The notes: a model not told the origin generated them from the letters alone. DNA of 32,000 nucleotides from Pasteurella multocida (GCF_900187275.1 NZ_LT906458.1:810001-842000); one strand, 5' to 3'. Shown: positions 10,390-21,629, numbered from the stretch's first letter. Translations and numbers: made by a program.

Positions 10390-10405
10390 TTTCATCACAA
10401 TGATA

Positions 10406-13111
10406 TTAGAATTTTACCCCAAAATTCAGCACATAATTGCGTCCCATTTGTGGCACATAAGGTAAATAAGAGGTGTGAACATAAACACGTTGGTTTAATA
10501 CATTATTGACACTGAAACCGACAGAATAGTCTAAATGCCCAATTTGACGTTGATAATTTACACCTATATTTAACAAATGATGCCCTTTACTCGGATCTTC
10601 TTGAATTTTTTCTATTTTAGCAGGTAACTTTTCATTTTCTTCTCTTAAACGAATCGCTTCCAGCGCACTTTCAAAATCTTCCCTATCAGAAGCACTTAAA
10701 TCTGCGATAGCTTTATCCGTACGATTATATTTGTCGCGGTCAATACCCTTTAACAATAAATTTTCACCTGTATCATCATCAATAAAATCACTCGCTTCTA
10801 ACGCTCTCGGCGGTTTAATTGATAAAGAAGAGGCAGTTTTTTGTTGAGAAAAGACATAAGTGTAATCCGCAAAGAAAGATAAATGTTCCGTTACATTGCC
10901 ACTCAGGCGCATACCTAAACGTGCGGGTGGCACACGAGGCGCATCACGCTCATTACGTTTAATGCCTTCAATACGGTAAGGTTGTTTTTCCCAATTTGCT
11001 TGAATCAGTCCTTCCTCATCATAAGCAATATAGCCTTGATAAAAACGTTGTCCGTATTGCTCTGGTAAATCAAACAAACGTCCTCTGACATAATCACCAA
11101 ATAAGGTCACTTGATAATCTGGTGTTGGTCTAAAATTAAGTTCCGCTTCAATACCATGGAATTTAGCTCGTGCTTGCGTGTAACGACGTAAAAACGCATT
11201 ACCATAGCGAGCAAGATCTTCGTTATAAATATAATTTCTAAATTTATTTTGATACAGGCTAAGCTTGTAATCCCATTTATCAGTATGATAAGCAAAGCCT
11301 AACTCAATATTATTGGAACTTTCTTTACGTAAATTTTTATTACCATGCTCAAAAGAGTTAGTCGCTAAATGTTGCCCGTGATAATACAATTCCATGGGTG
11401 TTGGCAAACGTTCATTGCGAGATAGCGTTAAACCAATACGATAATTAGGATGAAATAACCAGTCTACACTTCCCAAGTATGAAACGGCTTTCTCTTTGTG
11501 AGTGGACAAATCAGGTGGATGATCACCTTATTTTTTATGCGCATTCAACACATGTTGATCATATTTAATCGGAATGCGTTGTTTATCCACGCGCGCCCCT
11601 ACTTCAAAAATAAAATCATCTACCACATAATTTTCCACTGCAAAGAAACTGGCTTGTTTCTGGGTATTTGGCACTAAATGATGTTGATGTTTTATCCCTG
11701 AGCCTAACGGTGCAAGAATGGCTGTTTTGTATTCGCTATACTGTACACCGAATACCCCACTTAAGCCTACAATCGGGGTATGATAAAACTCCAGTTTGCC
11801 ATTATAGCCACTGTTTTTATAAATACCGGCGGCTTTCCCGCGGTTTTTCTCTGCTTTCTTACGCTCACGTTCAATAAAGCTATCCCGATCAAATTTATCC
11901 GTTCCAGCTTGTCCTGAATGATATTCATAATGAATATAATCGGCATAAGAAAAACTGCCTTTTACTTTATCTAACCATGCTGTTGGTGAATCCCATTGCC
12001 CACGTAAATCAAATCGTCTTGAATGTAATCTAACCCAAGGACCACCATGAGAATGGTCATGCTCATGACCAAATGGGTGATCATGGCTATGAGAAGGATC
12101 ATTATCAATACCACCAATACATCCATCTAAGTGTGCAAACACAATATCTGTATCATCTGCTAAATGTGGATAAGGTGTCAGATATCCTTTACCAAGCTCA
12201 GGTCTTGCCGCTTCATCAACCACATGGCTTTTACAGCGATCATATTTATGATTATGACCAGGCAAACCATAGCGATCGCGTCGTTCACTATAAGATACCC
12301 CTAGATAAGATTGATCCTTAATCCAAGAAACACCAATGGTTCCCACTTGTGAGCGGTTATGACTGTCTGGCAAATAACGAATCGTTTCACCACCTGATTT
12401 GAAAGCTGGTACACGATAATGAGTCGAATAACGTTTTAAGCCTTCCAAACGTAAGGCAAGATGAGGATGTAATCTAAAAGTGATCCCTGCGGTTCCAGTA
12501 CTTTCCTGACTTGCTGTATCAAAACGGGTGAAAATTTCACCTTCATAGCCCTTTTCAGGTACAGCTGTTGGAATACGTTTGTCCACGACATTCACCACAC
12601 CGGCGGCAGAAGCACTAGAATATAACAAAGTGGAGGCACCACGTACTAATTCTACTTGTTCGGCTAATAAGCTATCGGCGGCAACAGCATGATCCGGCGA
12701 AATCGCTGACATATCCACGACATCTAAGCCATTTTGCAAAATTTTAATACGTACACCTTCTTGTCCTCGGATAATTGGCGCACTTGCCCCACCACCAAAA
12801 GGGTTGGAATGCACACCTAATTCACCTGCTAAGGCATTGCCTAAGGTGGCAGATTGTTTTTGCAGCCGTTCTTTTTTAATCACCTGATTGGAAATCGCTT
12901 GATAATGCTCTATCGCTGAACCAGCTAAGTGCGGTTGTGCACCACTGACTACAATTTCATCAAGCATTTCCGTTTGAGCATAAATCACATGAGTAAAAGC
13001 GACGGCACTCCAAGGTAATAAATAAGTTATTTGTTTAATTAATTTATTTGTAACCACTTTTGTTTCCACATCTTTTTTTACATAAAAAAATAAGGTGCTA
13101 AGATTAAGCAT
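10406..13111 (-). pseudogene. znuD: ZnuD-like TonB-dependent receptor interrupted by one in-frame TAA (11528-11530)
   Basis: ORFs 11528-13174 and 10406-11527 are in the same frame. Upstream half: plug VRGASTLLYSSASAAGVVNVVD, His-rich loop HSHDHPFGHEHDHSHGG, YDRCKSHVVD...LDGC. Downstream half: barrel and C-terminal GRNYVLNFGVKF. The exact start is uncertain (ATG 13111 or GTG 13057). Confidence 0.85.
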
Positions 13112-13116
13112 GAAAA

Positions 13117-13131
13117 TGTTATTTTGCAACA
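13117..13131. promoter_or_regulatory. Zur-box-like palindrome at 5' end of znuD-like gene
   Basis: TGTTATTTTGCAACA; matches TGTTATAATATAACA at 11/15 with both TGTT/AACA arms intact. Confidence 0.45.
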
Positions 13132-13349
13132 AAAAAATCCATTTTTTGTATAAAAAATATAAAATACTGACCATATCTTTTTTATTAGAAAATATCTTAT
13201 CCGCTTATTCCTTCTCCGTTATATCAGCTTGATATCCGCAGCTCTCTTCCTCTCATAACCAATAAACATGCCACCTCTCCCAAGCAAGACATCGCCAATA
13301 CTGGTGCTTAACATAACTTCTTACTCATGCACATAATTTGGTAAAGAAA

Positions 13350-13370
13350 GGCTATCTAAAAAATACACTT
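13350..13370. promoter_or_regulatory. Copy 2 of 21-nt motif shared between modA and modE upstream regions
   Basis: GGCTATCTAAAAAATACACTT, 53 nt before the modE start. Confidence 0.5.
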
Positions 13371-13422
13371 TCACTTAGAATGTAAGCGTATTGTCAGCAT
13401 TGAACTCAATATGGGAGGAAAC

Positions 13423-14214
13423 ATGACATTAACGAGTGAAATTTTGCTCACAATAAAATTGCAACAGCAATTATTTGTTGATCCAAAAAGAATTCGCTTA
13501 TTAAAAGAAATTCAGAAATGTGGTTCCATTAACCAAGCTGCTAAAAATGCCAAAGTCAGCTACAAAAGTGCATGGGATCATTTAGCCGCTATGAATGAAA
13601 TCAGCCCCAAACCTTTACTTGAACGTAATGTGGGGGGAAAAAATGGCGGTGGTACCGAATTAACGGTGTATGCACAACGTTTATTACAGCTGTATGATTT
13701 GCTCGAACATACTCAACAAAAAGCCTTTCATATCTTACAAGATGAAAACTTACCTTTAGATAGCGTACTGCATGCGACTGCCCGCTTTTCCTTACAAAGT
13801 AGTGCGAGAAACCAATTCTTTGGAGATATTGTTGCACTACGCCATGAAAATATCCATTGCTTTGTGGCGATTCAAATTAAAGGATTAGCACAGCCATTAA
13901 CCGTTTCGATCACAGAAAAAAGTGCGCAGCGTCTGAAACTCACGTTAGGCAAAGAAGTGATGATGATGATCAAAGCACCGTGGGTCAAAGTACATCGTGA
14001 AAAACCAGAGGGAGTCAACACCTTCTTGGTCAATGTAAAAGAAATCACGGATAAAGGAGATGTGGAAGAAGTCATTTTAACCTCTATCAACAAACACGCT
14101 GATGAAGATGTGGAATTTTGTGCCACACTCAATAAAGCAGAAAATTTGAAACCAGATGAACAAATTTGGATCAGTATTGATCCCGAACAAGTGATCTTAG
14201 CAACATTGTATTAA
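13423..14214 (+). CDS. modE: Molybdate-responsive transcriptional regulator ModE (wHTH plus TOBE domains)
   Basis: ATG at 13423 preceded by ggagg; RIRLLKEIQKCGSINQAAKNAKVSYKSAWDHLAAMN, GGKNGGGTELT, C-terminal Mop/TOBE repeats. Confidence 0.93.
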   Translation: MTLTSEILLTIKLQQQLFVDPKRIRLLKEIQKCGSINQAAKNAKVSYKSAWDHLAAMNEISPKPLLERNVGGKNGGGTELTVYAQRLLQLYDLLEHTQQKAFHILQDENLPLDSVLHATARFSLQSSARNQFFGDIVALRHENIHCFVAIQIKGLAQPLTVSITEKSAQRLKLTLGKEVMMMIKAPWVKVHREKPEGVNTFLVNVKEITDKGDVEEVILTSINKHADEDVEFCATLNKAENLKPDEQIWISIDPEQVILATLY

Positions 14215-14223
14215 ATACAAAAA

Positions 14224-14245
14224 TAAGGGGATATATATCCCCTTA
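14224..14245. terminator. Palindromic hairpin between convergent modE and yfbR-like genes
   Basis: TAAGGGGATATATATCCCCTTA, perfect palindrome. Confidence 0.6.
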
Positions 14246-14255
14246 ACTGTACAAA

Positions 14256-14855
14256 TTAAAGTGTAATTTCATCAATAGGTTTACCAAAACTGGGAATAAA
14301 TACCTCAATAAAATAGCGCATTTCATCACTATGCCAGGTTTTCATTAATGTCTCTAGACGTGCCTTGGCCGCTTTAAATTCTTGATTGCCATTTTCTAAT
14401 TCAAATTGCGCTTTGACATAAGCACAAATAAGATCTGCTTGCTTGACGACATGCTTTTCTTGCGCAGAAAACTGGGTTGAATCAAGGTAAGGGGCAAAAT
14501 CAGCTTGTAACTCTTTGGGTAATAACGCCAATAAATGAGCTTCTGCGGCATTTTCAATTTCTTTATATGCTTGTGTAATTTTGGGGTTGAAATATTTAAT
14601 GGGGGTAGGTAAATCACCAGTAAAAATTTCTGAGGTATCATGATACATCGCCATCACAGCAATACGATCAGGATTTAAATGACCTTGATAAAATTTATTT
14701 TTAATGACAGCCAAGGCATGTGCTACAAAAGCAACTTGTAGGCTATGTTCTGCCAAATTTTCCTTTTCAATATTACGCATTAAAGACCAACGTTGGATCA
14801 AACGTAAGCGATCTAAACAAGCAAAAAAATGACTTATTTTAATAACGGCTTGCAC
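14256..14855 (-). CDS. yfbR: HD-domain 5'-deoxynucleotidase, YfbR family
   Basis: NLAEHSLQVAFVAHALA, MAMYHDTSEIFTGDLPTPIKYFNPKI. Confidence 0.93.
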   Translation of the reverse strand: MQAVIKISHFFACLDRLRLIQRWSLMRNIEKENLAEHSLQVAFVAHALAVIKNKFYQGHLNPDRIAVMAMYHDTSEIFTGDLPTPIKYFNPKITQAYKEIENAAEAHLLALLPKELQADFAPYLDSTQFSAQEKHVVKQADLICAYVKAQFELENGNQEFKAAKARLETLMKTWHSDEMRYFIEVFIPSFGKPIDEITL

Positions 14856-14874
14856 AATAACTCTCTTCTTGTTT

Positions 14875-15903
14875 TTAATTTAACGGATATTCTTCGATGA
14901 TCACAGGAAGTTCAATAATTTTTCCTAAACGAGAAATGACCACATTCAATTGAGTATTAGGTCGCGTATTGCTGATCACTTGCATCATTTGCGCGGGTGA
15001 AATGGCATCAACATCACCCACTTTTAAAATAATATCGCCGGCTTTCACGCCTGCCTTACCTGCTGGTCCCTCTGGATTAACATTGGTAATCAAAATCCCT
15101 TTTTCCAAATGGGCGCCTTGACCATTATTAAATAAAATATCACTTTGTACACCAAAGTAACCACGAATGACTCGTCCATCACGAATAATTTTTTTCATCA
15201 CATCATTCGCCAATTCAATCGGGATTGCAAAATTTAGCCCTTCGGCAATTTCACCGGCGGTTTTACCAATACTTAGGGTATTGATACCTATTAATTCTCC
15301 TACGCTATTAATTAACGCGCCACCTGAATTGCCACGGTTAATCGAAGCATCCGTTTGAATAAAGTTTTGTCGCCCAACAGAATCCCCCACCGCATTACGT
15401 CCAATTGCACTAATAATTCCTTGCGAAACGCTTTGCCCCAAGTTATAGGGATTCCCAATCGCCAACGCCACATCACCAACATGCATTTGTCGTTGCGGAT
15501 TTTGTGGAATCGTCGATAAATTATCCGCACGAATTTTAAGAACAGCAAGATCCGTCAAAGTATCAGAACCAATTAAACTGGCATCGAAAAGTTGCCCATT
15601 TTGTAATGCGACCACAATTTGATCGGCGTTTTGAATAACGTGTTTATTTGTCAAAATATAACCATCTTTTGACATAATCACGCCTGATCCTAAATTGCCC
15701 ACTTCTAATTGCTCGGCACTATTCGCCGAAAAAGAACGATTATAGACATTCACTACAGCTGGGGAGGCAACTCGCACAGCGTCTTTAAAGCTCATCGGTT
15801 CTGGTGCTTTGAGTAAGCTAAATTGGTTAACGTGTGAAAATACCAGAATCACTGCGGCACACACTAACCCAATCATCACTGAATGAAAAAGTTTTTTGAT
15901 CAT
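14875..15903 (-). CDS. degS: Serine endoprotease DegS (trypsin-like plus one PDZ)
   Basis: LGSGVIMSKDGYILTNKHVI, DLAVLKI, QTDASINRGNSGGALINSVGELIGINT, single PDZ GYFGVQ...GPAGKAGVKAGDIIL. Confidence 0.93.
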   Translation of the reverse strand: MIKKLFHSVMIGLVCAAVILVFSHVNQFSLLKAPEPMSFKDAVRVASPAVVNVYNRSFSANSAEQLEVGNLGSGVIMSKDGYILTNKHVIQNADQIVVALQNGQLFDASLIGSDTLTDLAVLKIRADNLSTIPQNPQRQMHVGDVALAIGNPYNLGQSVSQGIISAIGRNAVGDSVGRQNFIQTDASINRGNSGGALINSVGELIGINTLSIGKTAGEIAEGLNFAIPIELANDVMKKIIRDGRVIRGYFGVQSDILFNNGQGAHLEKGILITNVNPEGPAGKAGVKAGDIILKVGDVDAISPAQMMQVISNTRPNTQLNVVISRLGKIIELPVIIEEYPLN

Positions 15904-17030
15904 GTTGGCTCCGTAATTCGTGGGTGGTAAATCGTTTTCAGATCATCGCCGAGTTTCTCAATGGAATGCAATTGCCATAAACTTGCCTCAGCCAAGGTGC
16001 TTAAATGAGGTAATTTACATAATCCTCGTGCGGCATCACCTAATAATTTCGGTGCAATGTAAATGATCAATTCATCCACTAATTTTGCCTCAATTAATGC
16101 ACCAGCCAATGTCGCACCGGCTTCAATCCAAAGCGTATTGATTTGACGTTGTCCTAATTCTGCCATTAAATCAGCTAAAGCGTTGGTAGAAGCGGAAAGC
16201 TGTATTTGTTCGCAATGTGCAGGAAACTCAAGTAACGAACGCGCAGTTTGACTCACTAACCACACTGGCGAAGACAGACTGAAAAGTCGGTGTGAGGGTT
16301 GAACTCGATGTTGAGAATCTAAAATCACTCGCACAGGTTGACGTAGCTGCGCTTGTGTATAATCGGCTTTCACCTTGTCAGGTAATTGTTGCCAGCGTAC
16401 ATTTAATAAGGGATCATCAGCTAACACCGTTGCACTGGTGGATAAAATCGCTGAGGCTTTGGCTCGTTCTGCTTGCACATCTGCACGAGCAAGCTCACCG
16501 GTAATCCACTTACTTTCCCCGTTTGCCATCGCGGTTCTTCCATCTAAACTCATAGCCATTTTTAGCTGTACGTAAGGTCTGCCAGTACGCATACGTTTAA
16601 GAAAACCACGATTAAGCCACTCCGCCTTTTCAGCTAATAAACCGACCGCACTTTCGATCCCCGCATCAGATAACATGCGTAATCCTCGACCTGCCACTTG
16701 CGGATTGGGATCGCACATCGCACTCACGACTTTCACTACACCAGCATCGATCAAACCTTGGGCACAAGGGGGAGTACGTCCAACATGTGAGCACGGTTCT
16801 AACGTCACATAAGCGGTTGCACCTCGTGCATTTTCTCCCGCCTCTCGCAATGCCATAACTTCAGCATGCGCCTCGCCTGCTTTAACATGAAAGCCACGTC
16901 CAACAATAATACCGTCTTTCACTAATACGCAACCCACTGAGGGGTTCGGTGTAGTAGTAAATTGCCCTTTCTCCGCTAACTCTAATGCCATTTGCATGTA
17001 CACTACATCTTGTGCCGTAAATGTCATCAT
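15900..17030 (-). CDS. ribD: Bifunctional riboflavin biosynthesis deaminase/reductase RibD
   Basis: NPSVGCVLVKDG, GFHVKAGEAHAEVMAL, YVTLEPCSHVGRTPPCAQGLIDAG, VQLKMAMSLDGRTAMANGESKWITG. Confidence 0.97.
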   Translation of the reverse strand: MMTFTAQDVVYMQMALELAEKGQFTTTPNPSVGCVLVKDGIIVGRGFHVKAGEAHAEVMALREAGENARGATAYVTLEPCSHVGRTPPCAQGLIDAGVVKVVSAMCDPNPQVAGRGLRMLSDAGIESAVGLLAEKAEWLNRGFLKRMRTGRPYVQLKMAMSLDGRTAMANGESKWITGELARADVQAERAKASAILSTSATVLADDPLLNVRWQQLPDKVKADYTQAQLRQPVRVILDSQHRVQPSHRLFSLSSPVWLVSQTARSLLEFPAHCEQIQLSASTNALADLMAELGQRQINTLWIEAGATLAGALIEAKLVDELIIYIAPKLLGDAARGLCKLPHLSTLAEASLWQLHSIEKLGDDLKTIYHPRITEPT

Positions 17031-17479
17031 TAATCCCTTAATTTTTCAATTTCTTTACTAAATTGGTTAATATCATCGAAACTTAAATACACTGACGCAA
17101 AACGAATATAAGCCACTTTATCCAATTTTTTCAGCTCTTCCATGACTAACGTCCCAACTAATTTGCTTGGTACTTCACGTTCACCCGTACTGCGTAAACG
17201 ATGAATAATATAGCTAATCGCCTTTTCCACATCGTTCTCACTTACCGGGCGTTTTTCTAACGCATGCTGAATGCCACGACGTAATTTTTCCTCATTAAAG
17301 GGTTCACGTGTGCCATCATTTTTAATCACTTTGGGAATAATTAACTCTGCCGTTTCAAAGGTGGTAAAGCGCTCATGGCAATTTCCACATTCACGACGAC
17401 GTCTTACTTGATAGCCTTCTGACACCAAACGGCTATCGATCACTTTCGTTTCTTCCGTAGAGCAAAAAGGGCAATGCAT
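17030..17479 (-). CDS. nrdR: Transcriptional regulator NrdR (Zn-ribbon plus ATP-cone)
   Basis: [42 protein letters not shown]. Confidence 0.98.
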   Translation of the reverse strand: MHCPFCSTEETKVIDSRLVSEGYQVRRRRECGNCHERFTTFETAELIIPKVIKNDGTREPFNEEKLRRGIQHALEKRPVSENDVEKAISYIIHRLRSTGEREVPSKLVGTLVMEELKKLDKVAYIRFASVYLSFDDINQFSKEIEKLRD

Positions 17480-17569
17480 AACGTTTCCTTATCCTTCGTA
17501 AAGTCACTCATCATAATGCATCTCATCTTAACAAAGATTCTGAATATTGACGACGAATTATTTTGTTAT

Positions 17570-18196
17570 TTACGGCAAGATCCCGGCTAATTTAAAGAAA
17601 GTGCGGTAAAATTCCGCTTTATTTTGCAAAGACATTGGATAGGCTCGAGAGGTCGAAGGTAGCCGATATAAACTCAGCTTTCTTCCTGCATAATCAAATT
17701 GCACAAATTGATTCGTTAGCGGTGTGTTCACTTTCTCCTTTAACAAACTCAAAATGATCTCTGTTGCTTTACCGCCTGTTGTAAATAACCAACAACAATT
17801 AGGTACTTGCTGCAATGCTGCAGCCAAATCCACAGGTTCAACAACTGTCAAAAACTTATCGGAAGCATTCTCTTTTTCACGAACGGCACGTTGTACCGTA
17901 GAACATAGTGCAATACCACGTTCACGTAAAAACATCTCAATTTTTGCCGGGTCAAAACGCTTTTCATCTGGGATTTGAAAATAAGTGGCATCATCAAAAA
18001 ACACTAACCCATAAATGCGCCACATATCGTTTTGAAAGTTAGGATAATGAAAATGCATACAGCGTTTATCTTCTTTCGGTGGGAATGTCCCCATCATCAT
18101 GACTTTAGCATGGGCAGGAAAAATGGCTGGAAAGGGGTGTGTTTCAATCAGTAATTCAGGCATAAAGTAACTCAAAACAAGCATAAAAGCGCACAC
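17570..18196 (-). CDS. Uracil-DNA glycosylase family protein
   Basis: VMMMGTFPPKEDKRCMHFHYPNFQNDMWRIYG, LPSTSRAYPMSLQNKAEFYRTFF; the real start may be the internal ATG at MPELLIETHPF. Confidence 0.75.
   Translation of the reverse strand: MCAFMLVLSYFMPELLIETHPFPAIFPAHAKVMMMGTFPPKEDKRCMHFHYPNFQNDMWRIYGLVFFDDATYFQIPDEKRFDPAKIEMFLRERGIALCSTVQRAVREKENASDKFLTVVEPVDLAAALQQVPNCCWLFTTGGKATEIILSLLKEKVNTPLTNQFVQFDYAGRKLSLYRLPSTSRAYPMSLQNKAEFYRTFFKLAGILP
17599..17607 (+). repeat. Hin-type DNA uptake signal core (intragenic)
   Basis: AAGTGCGGT inside the C-terminal codons (YRTF) of the glycosylase-like gene. Confidence 0.85.
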
Positions 18197-18213
18197 TCCA
18201 CTTTTATTCAGGA

Positions 18214-18222
18214 AAGTGCGGT
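18214..18222 (+). repeat. Hin-type DNA uptake signal core
   Basis: AAGTGCGGT. Confidence 0.85.
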
Positions 18223-18256
18223 CGATTTCTAGAACGTTTTACAAACTCACATAAAG

Positions 18257-18282
18257 AAAGGGAATGCCGATCCATTCCCTTT
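18257..18282 (-). terminator. Terminator downstream of pntB
   Basis: AAAGGGAATG-ccgatc-CATTCCCTTT; both strands have T-rich flanks. Confidence 0.75.
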
Positions 18283-18291
18283 TTTATGCAA

Positions 18292-19716
18292 TTAAAGCGC
18301 TTTCAAAATATCATCAACGCGATCTTTCGCATCACCAAATAGCATTTGTGTGTTGTCTTTAAAGAACAATGGATTTTGTACCCCAGCATAACCGGTATTC
18401 ATTGAGCGTTTAAACACAATCACATTTTGTGCTTTCCACACTTCTAATACTGGCATACCTGCGATCGGGCTGTTTGGATCATCCATTGCCGCTGGGTTAA
18501 CGGTATCATTGGCGCCAATAACGAGAACCGTATCAGTATCCGCGAAATCATCATTAATTTCGTCCATTTCTAATACGATATCATAAGGCACTTTCGCCTC
18601 TGCCAATAACACGTTCATGTGCCCCGGTAAACGCCCTGCCACAGGGTGAATACCAAAACGAACATTGATACCGCGTTCACGTAATTTTTGCGTAATTTCC
18701 GCTACAGGGTATTGCGCTTGCGCCACCGCCATACCATATCCCGGTGTAATAATCACCGAGCTTGAGTTTTTGAGTAATTCTGCCACTTCCTCTGCCGTGG
18801 TTTCACGGTGTTCGCCTTGTTCTTCATCGCTACTTGCCACCGGATCGTTACCAAATCCACCTGCAATCACACTAATAAATGAGCGATTCATGGCTTTACA
18901 CATAATGTAAGACAGAATAGCACCCGATGATCCCACTAATGCACCAGTGACGATCAACAAGTCATTGCTTAACATAAAACCTGCGGCTGCCGCTGCCCAA
19001 CCTGAATAAGAGTTCAGCATCGACACTACCACTGGCATATCCGCGCCACCAATTGATGCGACGAGATGCCAACCAAAAGCAAGCGCAATGGCTGTCATCA
19101 ATAGCACAGGAAAAATATTTTCTGGGCTATTTAAGAAAGACACCATTAACAAGGCTGAAACCACGATGGCGGCTAAATTTAATTTATGACGATGTGGCAA
19201 AGTGAGTGCTTTGGAATCGATAATACCACGTAATTTACCGAAGGCGACTACTGAGCCGGTAAATGTCACGGCACCAATAAAGATCCCCAAGAACACTTCT
19301 ACATTATGGATATTACTCAGTACCTGTTGCTCAGCTATAAATGCCGCTTGTGCTGCTGCATCAAGATTGGCTGGCATCACGGCTTCATGGTGTAAACCGT
19401 AACTATTAAAGCCGACTAATACCGCAGCTAAACCGACAAAGCTGTGCAAAATTGCTACTAGCTCAGGCATTTCGGTCATTTCCACTTTTAAGGCACGTTT
19501 AATCCCAATCACCGCACCTACCGCCATCGCGATCAGAATCCAAAATGTACCTGCTGATTGCGGACCAAAAATGGTTGCCACCAAAGCGATCGCCATACCG
19601 ACAATCCCATACCAACATCCCGCTTTTGCAGTTTCATGTTTAGACAGACCTGCTAAGCTCATAATGAAAAGTAATGCTGCGACAATATAAGCCGCTTGTA
19701 CTAAACCTTCAGACAT
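18292..19716 (-). CDS. pntB: NAD(P) transhydrogenase subunit beta
   Basis: [76 protein letters not shown]. Confidence 0.98.
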   Translation of the reverse strand: MSEGLVQAAYIVAALLFIMSLAGLSKHETAKAGCWYGIVGMAIALVATIFGPQSAGTFWILIAMAVGAVIGIKRALKVEMTEMPELVAILHSFVGLAAVLVGFNSYGLHHEAVMPANLDAAAQAAFIAEQQVLSNIHNVEVFLGIFIGAVTFTGSVVAFGKLRGIIDSKALTLPHRHKLNLAAIVVSALLMVSFLNSPENIFPVLLMTAIALAFGWHLVASIGGADMPVVVSMLNSYSGWAAAAAGFMLSNDLLIVTGALVGSSGAILSYIMCKAMNRSFISVIAGGFGNDPVASSDEEQGEHRETTAEEVAELLKNSSSVIITPGYGMAVAQAQYPVAEITQKLRERGINVRFGIHPVAGRLPGHMNVLLAEAKVPYDIVLEMDEINDDFADTDTVLVIGANDTVNPAAMDDPNSPIAGMPVLEVWKAQNVIVFKRSMNTGYAGVQNPLFFKDNTQMLFGDAKDRVDDILKAL

Positions 19717-19726
19717 GGCTTACTCC

Positions 19727-21256
19727 TTAATCTTTTCTAAACATAGCAAGCATCCGTTGGGTCACTTTAAAGCCCCCAAAGATATTGATACTTGCGACTA
19801 AAATTGCAATAAATGCAAGAATACTAATAAAGAAATTGCCTTGCGCAATTTGTAACAACGCGCCGACAATAATAATGCCTGAAATAGCATTTGTGACTGA
19901 CATTAACGGTGTATGCAACGCATGGCTAACGTTCCACACCACATAATAGCCGACTACACAGGCTAATACAAACACAGTGAAGTGCGATAAGAATGCAGCA
20001 GGTGCCACAGATGCCAACGCCATAAACAACAACGCTGCCACTGCCATCGCACCGTATTTTTTACGCGGATCGACCGCTTTTACTTCTTTTTTCTCTACCG
20101 GTGTGGCTTTCACTTTTTGTGGCTGGGCAGACACTTGGATAGGTGGTGCAGGCCAAGTCACCTCACCGTCACGAATCACCGTTACACCGCGTAATACTAC
20201 ATCATCGAAATCAATACTGATCTTGCCGTCTTTTTCTTTACATAACAATTTAAGCAAGTTCACAAGGTTGGTGCCATACAATTGAGAGGACTGTGTTGGT
20301 AAGCGGCTTGGTAAATCGGTGTAACCAATGATTTTCACTTGATTATCGGTCACTACGACTTCGCCTGCTTTTGACAACTCACAGTTACCGCCTGTCGCTG
20401 CGGCTAAATCCACAATCACCGAACCCGGTTTCATGGATGCTACCATTTCTTTGCTAATCAAACGTGGCGCGGGTTTACCCGGAATTAAAGCGGTAGTGAT
20501 AATAATATCAACTTCCTTGGCTTGTTCCGCATAAAGTGCTAGCGCACGGCGATTAAATTCTTCTGACATGACTTTCGCATAGCCATCGCCACTGCCACCT
20601 TCTTCTTGGAAATCAATTTCAAGGAAACTTGCGCCCATACTTTCCACTTGTTCTTTCACTTCGGGACGCGAGTCAAAGGCACGTACGATCGCACCTAAAC
20701 TGTTTGCTGCACCAATCGCTGCTAAGCCAGCTACCCCAGCACCAATCACAAGCACTTTCGCCGGTGGCACTTTACCTGCTGCGGTAATCTGCCCCGTGAA
20801 AAAACTGCCAAATTCATGCGCTGCTTCCACTACTGCACGATACCCTGCAATATTTGCCATCGAACTTAACGCATCTAACGATTGTGCTCGTGAAATACGT
20901 GGTACCGCATCCATGGCTAATACAGTAATTTTTTTCGCTGACAATTTTTCCATTAAGTCTGGATTTTGTGCCGGCCAAATAAAGCTCACCAAAGTCGCCC
21001 CTTCTTTTATCAGTGCGATTTCGCTATCCGTTGGCGCATTCACTTTAAAAATGATATCTGACTGCCAAACTTCCTGCGCTGAGCCAATTTTGGCGCCTGC
21101 TTCTGCAAATGCTTGATCTTCAAAACTCGCTTTAAAACCGGCATGATGTTCAACAATGACCTCAAAGCCCAGCTTTAAGATTTGTTGTACCGTTTTTGGC
21201 GTTGCCGCCACACGACTTTCATTATCAAGCAGTTCTCTAGGTACACCAATTAACAT
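19727..21256 (-). CDS. pntA: NAD(P) transhydrogenase subunit alpha
   Basis: Start [26 protein letters not shown] at 21256 (ORF call to 21322 likely too long); [26 protein letters not shown]. Confidence 0.97.
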   Translation of the reverse strand: MLIGVPRELLDNESRVAATPKTVQQILKLGFEVIVEHHAGFKASFEDQAFAEAGAKIGSAQEVWQSDIIFKVNAPTDSEIALIKEGATLVSFIWPAQNPDLMEKLSAKKITVLAMDAVPRISRAQSLDALSSMANIAGYRAVVEAAHEFGSFFTGQITAAGKVPPAKVLVIGAGVAGLAAIGAANSLGAIVRAFDSRPEVKEQVESMGASFLEIDFQEEGGSGDGYAKVMSEEFNRRALALYAEQAKEVDIIITTALIPGKPAPRLISKEMVASMKPGSVIVDLAAATGGNCELSKAGEVVVTDNQVKIIGYTDLPSRLPTQSSQLYGTNLVNLLKLLCKEKDGKISIDFDDVVLRGVTVIRDGEVTWPAPPIQVSAQPQKVKATPVEKKEVKAVDPRKKYGAMAVAALLFMALASVAPAAFLSHFTVFVLACVVGYYVVWNVSHALHTPLMSVTNAISGIIIVGALLQIAQGNFFISILAFIAILVASINIFGGFKVTQRMLAMFRKD

Positions 21257-21535
21257 AATGTTTCCTTCAAATTGATTGATGATAATCTTGAGTAACCCTG
21301 TTACTCCCCTAAAAGATGACAATAAGTCAAAACCATTTCAATGTACCATTTATTGTTTTAAAGTTGCAAAAGATTTTAGTCTTTTACAGTAAGATTTAAC
21401 GATCTTTATTTAAATCCTCATTAAACTAAATATTATCTAAACTTAGTCCACAATAACCTCTTAATTTATATGGCAATTTTACACGCCTCAAATGTAAGAT
21501 GACCTGCTACACTGCAATAGGACGTTTTCAGCTCC

Positions 21536-21544
21536 AAGTGCGGT
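21536..21544 (+). repeat. Hin-type DNA uptake signal core
   Basis: AAGTGCGGT. Confidence 0.85.
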
Positions 21545-21629
21545 ATTTTTAACAAGATTTTACTTGCCAGCGCTAACAATATTCCGCAATATAACGCCAC
21601 TTTTTTTTAACCGATTTATAGGACAGACT

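Larger units (their letters stand above)
10363..10392. terminator. Terminator made of two inverted uptake-signal cores, 3' of znuD-like gene
   Basis: AAAAAGTGCGGT-TTTTTG-ACCGCACTTTTT. Confidence 0.85.

Noticed and set aside
11528-11530. Programmed stop-codon read-through or selenocysteine-type recoding in the receptor
   Set aside because: The codon is TAA, which is not a selenocysteine or pyrrolysine codon, and no obvious adjacent recoding structure was seen; a nonsense mutation or sequence error is simpler.
12073-12321. Plus-strand ORF rich in His/Tyr antisense to the znuD-like gene
   Set aside because: Shadow of the His-codon-rich region on the opposite strand; no RBS or recognisable motif.
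18665-19402. Plus-strand ORFs opposite pntB
   Set aside because: Antisense shadows of pntB.
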